64,000 nt of DNA from Escherichia coli. Lineage in GTDB: Bacteria > Pseudomonadota > Gammaproteobacteria > Enterobacterales > Enterobacteriaceae. The position numbers were made by a program, and so were the translations under genes. Below the pieces are notes generated by a model that searched no databases, was not told the DNA's origin, and saw only the letters and a list, made by a program, of their open reading frames with translations. The first letter of the stretch is position 1; each line of letters begins with the position of its first letter. This document shows, piece by piece, positions 34,757 through 43,435 of this stretch. Location of the stretch: assembly GCF_003018255.1 (NCBI RefSeq), contig NZ_CP027440.1; one strand, written 5' to 3'.

Positions 34757-35770
34757 ATGAGGTGTGAACAAATGAAGGAAGAACAGCTTTTGTCTGATGC
34801 GATAGAGAATCTGCCAAAAGGATTCCATTTGCAGTATGAACATAGCGGTAGACATGGTAAGCACGATGCCTGGGGTAAGCTAACAGGGCCGGATGGTGAG
34901 TCAGTGATATTTGCTCTGGAAGTAAAATTTATCCACCGTAAAGAGTCACTGATGGCTGTTCGCGAACAAATGGTTCGCTTTCCTGCGGATTTTCCTGTGC
35001 TGCTGGTGTGTAACCGCCTGACGTCTGCACTGGCGGAATATTGCGCCGACAGCCAGATCAACTTTATCGATACGGCAGGGAATGCCCGTATCCAGGTTCC
35101 AGGCTTGTATGTGCGGATCGAAGGCCGCTATGAAAAGAAACCCGTTTCCGCCAGCAGTCGTTTTGCTGAAGGGGTGATGAAGCTTCTTTTTGTTTTGCTG
35201 TCTAGCCCAGAGACCCTGAACGAGACTTACCGCAGTCTGGCCGGAAAGGCAGGTATCTCTCTGGGAATGGTCAGCAAGGCTTTTGATTATCTCGAAGCGC
35301 AACGCTATTTCCGCAAATCGAAGAAGGGGCGTCGCTTAATCAATGAAGGCGAGTTAGAGGCTTTGTGGCTGAAAGATTATGCTACAGCTTTGCGCCCTAA
35401 GCTGGATTCGCTTTCTTTATCCGCGCCTGTTTCATGGGATGAGTTGACGCTTGCGTCCGGGGAATACTGGAGCGGCGAGATTGCGGCGGCAAAGCTGAGC
35501 GGAGGATACCTGATACCAGAAAATGGCGTGATTTTTACATCCCATCCGTTGTTACAAAGGCGAAAGGAACTGGGACTAAAACCTGTTCCGGGGGGGAAAC
35601 TACAGCTGATCGCCGGTTTTTGGGGGAACTTTGTACTGAATCACAAAGCCGAGGCGATGCTATGCGTGGCTGAACTGCTGGCAAGCGGGGATGACAGAAA
35701 CTGGGAAACAGCAAGGATAATCAATGACAAATATCTTCACCTTAATGAATCCGATCTCTTCAGCTACTGA
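34757..35770 (+). CDS. Hypothetical protein with N-terminal PD-(D/E)xK-like motif and central winged-HTH
   Basis: 337 aa; GPDGESVIFALEVKF (PD...ExK pattern) and ISLGMVSKAFDYLEAQRYF HTH-like segment; alternative ATG at 34772. Confidence 0.6.
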   Translation: MRCEQMKEEQLLSDAIENLPKGFHLQYEHSGRHGKHDAWGKLTGPDGESVIFALEVKFIHRKESLMAVREQMVRFPADFPVLLVCNRLTSALAEYCADSQINFIDTAGNARIQVPGLYVRIEGRYEKKPVSASSRFAEGVMKLLFVLLSSPETLNETYRSLAGKAGISLGMVSKAFDYLEAQRYFRKSKKGRRLINEGELEALWLKDYATALRPKLDSLSLSAPVSWDELTLASGEYWSGEIAAAKLSGGYLIPENGVIFTSHPLLQRRKELGLKPVPGGKLQLIAGFWGNFVLNHKAEAMLCVAELLASGDDRNWETARIINDKYLHLNESDLFSY

Positions 35771-36533
35771 AACGTTACTGAGTCAGATCAACCGTATTTG
35801 CACCGCTCAGGGGATCCCGTTTTTTATTGCAGGTGCAACGGCTCGTGAAATTCTGCTCCATCATATACACAGCAGAAGTATTGGTCGCCGAACCCGTGAT
35901 ATTGATATTGCCGTCTTTGTGGATAGCTGGCCGAGATTTGATGCGCTTAAAAATGCTTTCCTTGCTGAAGGGGCAGAAGTTGTCCAAGGTAATGCCCATC
36001 GTATGATTGTCAAAGGGATCGAGCTAGATATTATTCCTTTTGGTGGTGTTGCTGAAGGAAATCAAATTGCCTGGCCACCAGAACGTGAGATCATAATGGC
36101 TGTGGATGGATTTGCCGAAGTCTTTTCTCATACCGTAGTTGTGCGGCTGGATAACAGCGAAAATATTCCGTTCTGCTCCTTGCCAGGACTGGCTCTGTTA
36201 AAACTTTTTGCATGGCGTGATCGTGGGCATGGGAGTACTAAAGACGCGACCGATCTCTTTAAGATTATCTGTGAATATGGTGTTATCGAGAATGAACGCA
36301 TCTATGAATCGCCCGTCGAAGGGGAACGCCTGAACTGGGATCCCATACGTATGGGCGCTTTTCTGTTGGGAAGCGATATAGCGACAATTAGTGAACACTC
36401 ATCCTTGCAGGATTTACTCCATCTTGATAAAGAACGCCTGATCGATGTGATAGTACGACAACATGACGTGGGTGATGCTGGGATTGAGCAGATCATCAAT
36501 GATTTCTGGGATGGTATGGCAAGTGATGGTTGA
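35724..36533 (+). CDS. Pol-beta-superfamily nucleotidyltransferase (AbiEii/DUF1814-like motif pattern)
   Basis: 269 aa; AGATA...GRRTRDIDIAVFV then DIIPFGG acidic motif; overlaps upstream gene by up to 47 nt. Confidence 0.6.
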   Translation: MTNIFTLMNPISSATETLLSQINRICTAQGIPFFIAGATAREILLHHIHSRSIGRRTRDIDIAVFVDSWPRFDALKNAFLAEGAEVVQGNAHRMIVKGIELDIIPFGGVAEGNQIAWPPEREIIMAVDGFAEVFSHTVVVRLDNSENIPFCSLPGLALLKLFAWRDRGHGSTKDATDLFKIICEYGVIENERIYESPVEGERLNWDPIRMGAFLLGSDIATISEHSSLQDLLHLDKERLIDVIVRQHDVGDAGIEQIINDFWDGMASDG

Positions 36534-36571
36534 GGATGTAGTTTTAGATGAAATGTTCACAACAGAGTTTT

Positions 36572-36588
36572 GTTCATGAATCATGAAC
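36572..36588. promoter_or_regulatory. Second copy of the 17-bp palindrome (GTTCATGAATCATGAAC) within a ~40-bp duplicated block
   Basis: Block agagttttgttcatgaatcatgaacggtattattgtgaacaatgg matches 34730-34774. Confidence 0.45.
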
Positions 36589-36678
36589 GGTATTATTGTG
36601 AACAATGGCAGGGCGTAACGCCAACTGCCCGATTAAGATGCGCTTATGTTATCAATAATGCCAGCCCAGAGTCAGTCG

Positions 36679-36800
36679 CGACATCATCAAACTGAAGGTC
36701 AAAGGCTTGCTGGTTCCCATCAAAGATAGTGGAGAACGCAGGTAAACTTGATGTTCCACCTTCCACGGCGCACCGCACCTTCGGCATGATGCGCTAATAT
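36679..36800 (+). pseudogene. Internal fragment of a P4-type integrase gene (frameshifted)
   Basis: About 75-80 percent nucleotide identity to 33302-33420 of the intact integrase (by-eye alignment); reading frame breaks. Confidence 0.6.
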
Positions 36801-36840
36801 TATGGCTATATAGGTATTGAAAAGATAAAATATTATCACT

Positions 36841-37329
36841 ATGGCTAAAAAAACGGCTCCCTTAGTTCCCGGTACTAATCAGTTGCTTGCTGAGTTTGGC
36901 GAACGGCTTAAGCTGGCGCGACTGCGACGTAAGCTCACAGCGAAGCGGGTTGCTGAGCGAGCCGGGATGTCGCCAATGACCTTGCGTTCTCTTGAATCAG
37001 GCGGGACGGGCGTGACAATCGGCGCTTATTTGTCAGTTATGCAGATTTTGGGTCTTGAAAAGGATCTGAACAAACTTGCCGCTGAGGATGAACAGGGACG
37101 CCAACTTCAGGATTCCCGGCTAATAAATAAAACGCGTGTTTCTCGTCCTGCTGCTATCTCTCACACAAACAGGCATACCGGAAACGTGATAAAAAACGAT
37201 GCCTTCGACAAGCAATTCTCGACATCACAAGAAAAATCAATCGATTCTGAAGTTAAAACAGAAGTCGTGACATCTGCATCTCTTGCTGCACTGCTAAAAC
37301 CAATAAAGAAACCCAGAAAAGGTAGCTGA
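36841..37329 (+). CDS. XRE-family HTH protein
   Basis: 162 aa, N-terminal HTH_3-type segment ([32 protein letters not shown]). Confidence 0.7.
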   Translation: MAKKTAPLVPGTNQLLAEFGERLKLARLRRKLTAKRVAERAGMSPMTLRSLESGGTGVTIGAYLSVMQILGLEKDLNKLAAEDEQGRQLQDSRLINKTRVSRPAAISHTNRHTGNVIKNDAFDKQFSTSQEKSIDSEVKTEVVTSASLAALLKPIKKPRKGS

Positions 37330-37692
37330 CACGCTGGAATTTTTGTATTGAAACGAGGGACTATAGATTTCGATAGCAAAAAATAAAGCCTGCTGATGAT
37401 ATGTTTAAAAAATGCCAAAAAATGTACATATGGCGTTGATATGTCGATGCTGTAAACATATTTTGGCGTTATGTCGATAAAACTGGTTTTTTTAAACATA
37501 TCGTCATGCTTAATCCAACCGCTCAATCAGTCTTATATCTGTTATGGAAAATGCTTGTAAAATGGCGCGTTCTGCCATCTGGCAATGTTCATATTTACTG
37601 GCTCGAGGAATATCGTCCCCCCTTAATTTCCATGAAAAGTAATTTTAATTCATTTAGTTATTAATCTTTTCTCCGCTGAGAATATGAATTTT

Positions 37693-37710
37693 TATCCCCT
37701 ATAGGGGATA
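37693..37710. promoter_or_regulatory. 18-bp perfect palindrome TATCCCCTATAGGGGATA matching HipB operator consensus TATCC-N8-GGATA
   Basis: Perfect palindrome 30 bp upstream of the HipB-like ATG; a related TATCC...GGATA site at 37724-37737. Confidence 0.6.
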
Positions 37711-37739
37711 TGCTCAAAATATCTATCCTGGGGGATAAA

Positions 37740-38081
37740 ATGAACGTAACCTCACCCAAAATGTTGTCTCAGGCAATCAGGGATGCACGCAAGCAACGTA
37801 ACCTGACCCAGCGTGAAACTGCAGCAAGTATGGGCATGAAACAGTCAACGGTTTCAGAGTTTGAGAACCATCCTGAGGGGACCAGCCTGGATACGCTCTT
37901 TAAGCTGCTTGCCGCTCTGGACCTTAAGCTTCAGGTCGTAAGCTGGAGGGGTAAAAAAACTCTTCTGATGGCTGGGAGCAGGAGTGGTGATCTGTGGAAA
38001 TATGAACAAAAAGGCCATGGCGCTATCCGGACGGAACCACCATTTTCACTAGCGTACCATCTGGATTTCCAGAGCACATAA
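37740..38081 (+). CDS. HipB-like XRE-family HTH regulator with C-terminal extension
   Basis: MNVTSPKMLSQAIRDARKQRNLTQRETAASMGMKQSTVSEFENHPEGTSLDTLFKLLAALDLKLQVV resembles HipB; operator palindrome upstream. Confidence 0.65.
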   Translation: MNVTSPKMLSQAIRDARKQRNLTQRETAASMGMKQSTVSEFENHPEGTSLDTLFKLLAALDLKLQVVSWRGKKTLLMAGSRSGDLWKYEQKGHGAIRTEPPFSLAYHLDFQST

Positions 38082-38207
38082 GAGAAGCTATTTTTGCATC
38101 AGTCAGCGCGTATTCCGTAGCCATCTCGGCAGTAGTTGAAACAGTAAAAAATGCCCCTATTTCATGGCTAATTAACCGCTAAATTCCAGCCATGGAGGAA
38201 ACCACCG

Positions 38208-38474
38208 ATGTCACCTCGGACACACCGCCAGCTCGTAAGTGTTGAAGTGATGTGGCCTGCTCAGACGCTACCGCTTCCCCTACAACAGGTAGTCGAAGCA
38301 TTGAATCAGGGCGAAACGCCCGATCAGATTATTATCCGCATGAACCAACGGGGTCTGCTGGCGTGGCGTGAGGATGCATCCGCGCAGGATACACACGATA
38401 TCTTTCAGGTACGTCTGGACAACCAGAATGAGGCGCGATTTCTCTGCCGCTACGTTACGTTGCCGCTGCACTGA
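38208..38474 (+). CDS. Hypothetical protein (88 aa)
   Basis: ORF with GGAGGA RBS 7 nt upstream of ATG; no recognisable domain. Confidence 0.4.
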   Translation: MSPRTHRQLVSVEVMWPAQTLPLPLQQVVEALNQGETPDQIIIRMNQRGLLAWREDASAQDTHDIFQVRLDNQNEARFLCRYVTLPLH

Positions 38475-38585
38475 TGCCCCTATCCCGGTAACGCGAAATT
38501 GAAGAGTGCTGTTTATCACCGGATAAATTAATATGCTATAAAATAAAGAGTTAGCAAATGTCGTTTCAGGGATGATGAGTTGTAA

Positions 38586-39239
38586 ATGAAGAAGAAACTG
38601 CCAGACCAGCTTTCCAGGGAATGCATTATTGCGGCTATGCGTGCCTATGATGAAGGTGTACGCCACCAGTTCAGCGAGTCCCGGCTGTATGATGTGGTCT
38701 TTGAAGGGCGCAGTTATCCACCGAAAGCTATAGTCGGTATTGCTGCTTCAAATATGACTGGCGTTGAGTTTTCCCCTGAAGATTTTAGTGGTGGTATCAA
38801 GTCGAAATGCGTCAAGTTGCTTACCGATCAAGGGTTCCAGATCGTTGAGAAACATTTGGGTAACGAGCAGCCCGCCATCAGTATTTTTCCTGATGAACTG
38901 CCACCGCAGAGCGTATTTACTGAAGGTGCAGCTACGCAGGTAACGGTTAATCGCTATGAACGCGACCGTAAGGCCCGACAGGCCGCATTAGCCTGGCATG
39001 GTTGTCTGTGCAAAGTATGTGGTATTGATATGATGAAGGTGTATGGCGAGATAGCGAAAGGTTTTATCCATATACACCACCTGATTCCGCTATCAGACAT
39101 CAAAGAGAATTACTCTCTGGATCCCAAAAAAGATTTTATTCCCGTCTGCCCAAATTGCCACGCCATGTTGCATCGGCGTAATCCGCCTTTTTCGCCTGAA
39201 GAATTGAAATCAATTATTGAATATCATGCGGCTCTTTAG
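38586..39239 (+). CDS. HNH endonuclease family protein (McrA-like HNH core; unknown N-terminal domain)
   Basis: CKVCG...HIHHLIPLS...CPNCH motif set typical of HNH nucleases in the C-terminal third. Confidence 0.75.
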   Translation: MKKKLPDQLSRECIIAAMRAYDEGVRHQFSESRLYDVVFEGRSYPPKAIVGIAASNMTGVEFSPEDFSGGIKSKCVKLLTDQGFQIVEKHLGNEQPAISIFPDELPPQSVFTEGAATQVTVNRYERDRKARQAALAWHGCLCKVCGIDMMKVYGEIAKGFIHIHHLIPLSDIKENYSLDPKKDFIPVCPNCHAMLHRRNPPFSPEELKSIIEYHAAL

Positions 39240-39294
39240 GTATTAAAGCCCATTCGCTGTAGCTCGGTGGAAGAGAGTATTTTGATATAAATAG

Positions 39295-40884
39295 CTATTC
39301 GCGCAGCAACTTCAGCCACGGATTATTCACCGGCACTTTCTCCCCCAACACCTGCTTCGGATCTTCCATCAGAAACCCTTTCAACTGACTACTTTTCTTT
39401 TGTGGAACCCGAACCTCGCAGATCCAGATAAAACTGTCATCATTACAGCGCAGGGCCAGCCCTGACTCCTGAAACATTCGTTGCGCCAGTTTCCAGCCGT
39501 CGCCGCTATCGCCTGTGGTTTCTGCTGCGTATGTTTTAAAGATCCCCGGCGAAATCAAGAAAAGATGGTTTTCCACCACATGTACCTTGCCGTTCCGGGT
39601 ATTCACCGTGGCTGAAGGACTAGTGTGGTTCTTCAGCCACTGCAGGAAATTGTTATTGTCACCAAGCCTCGGATCGTCTGCTATCTCCGGTAACGGTTGA
39701 GTCGGTGCGCTAAGTTCAGGAGCGGGTTCGGCTTCAATTACCGGCGTTACATCACCATCGAAACAGGCCGGACGTTGATCATCCTGCCCCCAGATTACAG
39801 ACGGCGTCAGGCGCAGTAGCGTCAGCGGTTCAACGGGCGACCAGCCTTTATCCGATCGGATAATGCAGCGCCAAATCGCTTTATCTTCGTTGGCAACAAT
39901 AAGCTGATGCGTCAGCAGTTCGTCAAACAGGCGGTTATTGTTTTCCGGCACGCTGGAAACTCCATGCTGGAGCAGCCAGGCGCGAACCCGGTCGGCGGTG
40001 GTTTTGCTGATAAGCCACAGCGCATCCTCCGTCAGCCAGCCATCGGATCCGCATTCGGGATTATTGAGCCGGTACTCGTTCTGTACCAGCGACCGCAAGG
40101 CTGTAAGAAGTTGCTGGGGGAAGGAAGAGGGCTTTTGCGCCAGCGCGGTTTTGATATCGCCGCCGAGGTATCGGGCGACAGAGGCTTTATCGGCCTGCTG
40201 CACCAGTTCAGCCAGTGCGCCAGACCGTTCGTAGTGTCCGGTGAGCTGGTAAATCAGGGACGCAAAAGCCGCCGGGTATCCGGCCAGCCAGTCCAGTAAT
40301 GGCGAGGGTATCAACTGATTAATCAGCATTGCGGTAGCCGCCGGATGCAGATGATAGTCGCGACCGTGGCTCTGGTACTGCCAGCGATAAGGCTGTGCCA
40401 GATAACCCTGCCACGAATGCCAGCGGGTGCCATCACGTTGATGAATCTCCATATCCACGGCGATTTTTCCCGTATCGTGCAGTAATGCCACGCAGACCAC
40501 TGCGACCGTCCATGCGCTGGCCTGCCGGGCCTGTTCTTCCGCGCCCGCTTCCGGTGGTAGCAGATAACCCTGGCGCAGTCGGATGGCGTTGCAGGCAACC
40601 TCCAGCGAATGATCCAGCAACCCGCCGGGAGTGGAATGGTGATGACTTTGTGAGGCGGGAAGCAGTTGTACCAACGCGGCGAAGCGATGAATCGCCGCGA
40701 GGATCCAGCTATCAAACAGGGTATCCGGCAGCGGGGTCAGTTGCCGTAACTGGTGCAAACAGGACTGGCGTAACGGCGTCGCCAGCAATTGTTCTGCGGA
40801 TTGTGGCGCAAACCAGCCCTCCGGCAGCGTAGCGTCTGGCGTAGGTGGCTGGCTCTGGGATGGTCTTTTTAGCCACTTCAGCAT
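39295..40884 (-). CDS. HD-domain protein, putative MobH-family conjugative relaxase (TraI-like)
   Basis: 529 aa; H...HD metal-binding pattern (LLDHSLEV...ALLHDTGK); neighbours are conjugative-element genes. Confidence 0.55.
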   Translation of the reverse strand: MLKWLKRPSQSQPPTPDATLPEGWFAPQSAEQLLATPLRQSCLHQLRQLTPLPDTLFDSWILAAIHRFAALVQLLPASQSHHHSTPGGLLDHSLEVACNAIRLRQGYLLPPEAGAEEQARQASAWTVAVVCVALLHDTGKIAVDMEIHQRDGTRWHSWQGYLAQPYRWQYQSHGRDYHLHPAATAMLINQLIPSPLLDWLAGYPAAFASLIYQLTGHYERSGALAELVQQADKASVARYLGGDIKTALAQKPSSFPQQLLTALRSLVQNEYRLNNPECGSDGWLTEDALWLISKTTADRVRAWLLQHGVSSVPENNNRLFDELLTHQLIVANEDKAIWRCIIRSDKGWSPVEPLTLLRLTPSVIWGQDDQRPACFDGDVTPVIEAEPAPELSAPTQPLPEIADDPRLGDNNNFLQWLKNHTSPSATVNTRNGKVHVVENHLFLISPGIFKTYAAETTGDSGDGWKLAQRMFQESGLALRCNDDSFIWICEVRVPQKKSSQLKGFLMEDPKQVLGEKVPVNNPWLKLLRE

Positions 40885-41057
40885 ATTTCCCCTTTCCGGG
40901 CAGGCCCCTTTGCCCTTGTCGCCCTTCCTTTGCAGTGTCTCCCTTTGGGCCTTTTACATTTTTATTAGTAAAAACGGTATGCTCTCATGTGTATATCTGG
41001 CGCTGTATTTCTGGCCGACGAGGCAAAGTGACCGACGTTTTGTCGGCCACTTTAATA

Positions 41058-41363
41058 CTACCACCAGGCATAAAACATCAGCCTGTCTCGCTCAAAATCA
41101 AACGTCTCCAGCGTCTCCTTCACCCAGAGAGTGACGGTGCGAACGTCTTTCCAGTAGTGTTCTCCATAATCGGTATAACCATAGAAAAAGCCGTCAATCG
41201 TCGGATAAACCGCGCCGCAGTTATCCGGCGTCAGGCTCTGCAGGTCGCTCAGAAGCGCCTGCAAATTTGCTTTGGTGACTTCTAACAGCACTTGGTTGCG
41301 CACCAGCCCAACGTGTTTATCCACCCATTTAAGCAGCGGATTCACCTTGCGGAAATAACCCAC
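41058..41363 (-). CDS. Hypothetical protein (101 aa)
   Basis: ORF between ArdC-like gene and relaxase-like gene, same strand. Confidence 0.4.
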   Translation of the reverse strand: MGYFRKVNPLLKWVDKHVGLVRNQVLLEVTKANLQALLSDLQSLTPDNCGAVYPTIDGFFYGYTDYGEHYWKDVRTVTLWVKETLETFDFERDRLMFYAWW

Positions 41364-41495
41364 TCTGGCGTACTGGCTTTCATCGGGCGCGTTTTTTTTT
41401 CCGTTCGAAAAAGAAGAGATCGAGTCCCATACATTGATCCTCAGAAAAAGGGGAGCAACTTCCCGGCGGGGAAGGCTCCCCGTGCGGGTGGGCTG

Positions 41496-42401
41496 TCAGG
41501 CGCTAAGCTGACAGGGTTGTGGTACAGCGTTGAGCAGCCATTCACTGGCGTGGCGCGCCATACCGCTGGCGCGGATCACCGCCCGCTTGTCCTGGCGCAG
41601 GATATCCAGCCAGTAGCCGATATAGCTGGCGTGCTGGAGCCTGCCCTGAATGCCGCAATGGGCGCACAGGAAGGCGCTACCCATCTCCTCCACTAACTCT
41701 TCAGCAGCGTAGAGTGCTTCGGTGCGTTCCGCTCCGGCAATACCGGGGCGGTTAAGGCGTGAAGCGTGTCCGGTAGCGTGCGTCAGTTCATGCAGCAGCG
41801 TGGCGTAGTACGCCTCGCTGCTTTCAAACTGTTGCGGGTGCGGCATCATCACCAGATCGGTCGCGGGTTTGTAATACGCTTTCGACTGGCGGCGATGGCG
41901 CAGCGTCACACCGCTATTCATCGTAATGGCTTCAGCCATCTCCACAGGCGTTGCGGGCCGGGTAAACGGCTCGGACAGCGCCTGCGGCAGGCCGTCGCAC
42001 TGCGACAGGTTAAACAGCCAAAATTCACGAATAATCCCGAAATGCCGCACCTTCGGCTCGCCGTCTTTATCCAGCAACGGCTGGCCGAGTGCGTCGGTCT
42101 CTTCCTGCGTGCGCGGCAGATACAACACCGCCAGAGAGGATTTCTCCCCCCGGCGCACCTGCCCGCCGAGCGCGCTGACCTGATGGAACGTCAGCCAGCG
42201 GTCGCTGGCGAAGCTCTGCCTGTCGGCGCTGTTCCACAGCAGCGGTACATTGATGCCGTGATACGGACGACCGGATAACGCATTGATCGGGAACGGCGGC
42301 TCGCCATCGCGCCACGGGCGGAGCCACGGCACATTGCCGTTTTCCAGCTCAGCGATAATCTGGTCGGTGACTTTCTGGTAGATATCGTTGCTTCTGTCCA
42401 T
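41496..42401 (-). CDS. ArdC-like antirestriction protein (ssDNA-binding N-domain plus HExxH metallopeptidase-like domain)
   Basis: LLHELTHATGH zincin motif; start placed at ATG 42401 with GAGGA RBS (ORF track start 42440 lacks RBS). Confidence 0.65.
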   Translation of the reverse strand: MDRSNDIYQKVTDQIIAELENGNVPWLRPWRDGEPPFPINALSGRPYHGINVPLLWNSADRQSFASDRWLTFHQVSALGGQVRRGEKSSLAVLYLPRTQEETDALGQPLLDKDGEPKVRHFGIIREFWLFNLSQCDGLPQALSEPFTRPATPVEMAEAITMNSGVTLRHRRQSKAYYKPATDLVMMPHPQQFESSEAYYATLLHELTHATGHASRLNRPGIAGAERTEALYAAEELVEEMGSAFLCAHCGIQGRLQHASYIGYWLDILRQDKRAVIRASGMARHASEWLLNAVPQPCQLSA

Positions 42402-42466
42402 CGTGTGGTCCTCATGGAAAGAAGCCGGAGCCTCCTCCATCCGGAAGCGACTCCGGCGGGGAGAGG

Positions 42467-42757
42467 TTATGCCTGTTCAGCCATCGAGACCTGCACATAG
42501 TGGCCGTGATAGTTGAGCGATAGCGGTAATGCGACAGGGACTTTCATATCGCCCTGCGGCGGCTGGCAGTAGATCGTAAAGGTGACTTTCTTGCGGGATG
42601 TCCCGGCGGTGCGCAGGGTCAGCAGTACGACGAGCAACAGATTGCCCAGCCGTTCTTCCACCTGCTGCGGGTCGGCGGGAAATTCCACTGCGGATTGCCA
42701 GACATCAGGGGCGATAACCACCGGCATTAACGACGGTTTTTTATCGAAAAGCGACAT
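42467..42757 (-). CDS. Hypothetical protein (96 aa), conjugative-element associated
   Basis: Start at MSLFDK with AGGAGA RBS; same strand and tight spacing with ArdC-like gene. Confidence 0.45.
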   Translation of the reverse strand: MSLFDKKPSLMPVVIAPDVWQSAVEFPADPQQVEERLGNLLLVVLLTLRTAGTSRKKVTFTIYCQPPQGDMKVPVALPLSLNYHGHYVQVSMAEQA

Positions 42758-43048
42758 GGTGTTTCTCCTGTAAATGAGCAGGGAACACCCTTCGCAGGGC
42801 GTTTCCCTGCGGGATGGAATGGTACGGGTATCCTGCGCATCTGCGCCGTTCGCACCTTCCGGATACATGGCGAACTTACTGCATGGCTGGCGGTAGTGTT
42901 TTCTGCGCGGGTGATAAAAGGGAGGGGAAAATCATTACTGGGGCTGAAGAGTTTTGTCGTTCCTGAAATGTGAACACAGGTAGATTGATGCGCACGCATC
43001 GCTCAAAAAACGATCTTTTTCAGGCGGATACTGAAATCAGAAAAGCAT

Positions 43049-43291
43049 ATGACCTTGAACAGTAAACACAATGACTGGAGGGATATGCTAATGAACCGAC
43101 AAGATATAAACGCATTAAAGAATTTTGATTTTCTGGCGCGCAGTTTTGCCCGTATGCACGCCCTGGGCCAGCCAGTTGATATCGATGCCGTTACCGGCAA
43201 TATGAGTGATGAACAGCAAGCATGGTTCCGGGAGCGATACGACCACTACCGAAAGCAGGCTGAGCGGGCGAGAGTGATAGAACTGCGGTGA
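43049..43291 (+). CDS. Hypothetical small protein (80 aa)
   Basis: ORF followed by a terminator hairpin at 43302-43330. Confidence 0.35.
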   Translation: MTLNSKHNDWRDMLMNRQDINALKNFDFLARSFARMHALGQPVDIDAVTGNMSDEQQAWFRERYDHYRKQAERARVIELR

Positions 43292-43301
43292 TGTAACGAA
43301 C

Positions 43302-43330
43302 AACGGGCTTAACGGCCCGTTGCGTTTTTT
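43302..43330 (+). terminator. Rho-independent terminator
   Basis: aacgggc ttaacg gcccgtt then gcgtttttt. Confidence 0.55.
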
Positions 43331-43435
43331 CAGACTCCAGCTACCTACCACGAGATTGTCACTGACACGACAGTTTATGCGGTGCGCATAAACTCAGCTA
43401 CAAGCCCTGTTCATCACACCGTCAGTACGAAATCT

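Noticed and set aside
35724-36533. Nucleotidyltransferase as a CBASS cGAS/DncV-like enzyme
   Set aside because: Protein is short (269 aa), and no effector, Cap2/Cap3 or HORMA/TRIP13 genes are adjacent; the motif pattern fits minimal NTase toxins better
37740-38474. Canonical hipBA toxin-antitoxin locus
   Set aside because: No HipA/HipT-sized kinase ORF follows the HipB-like gene; downstream ORFs show no kinase motifs by eye
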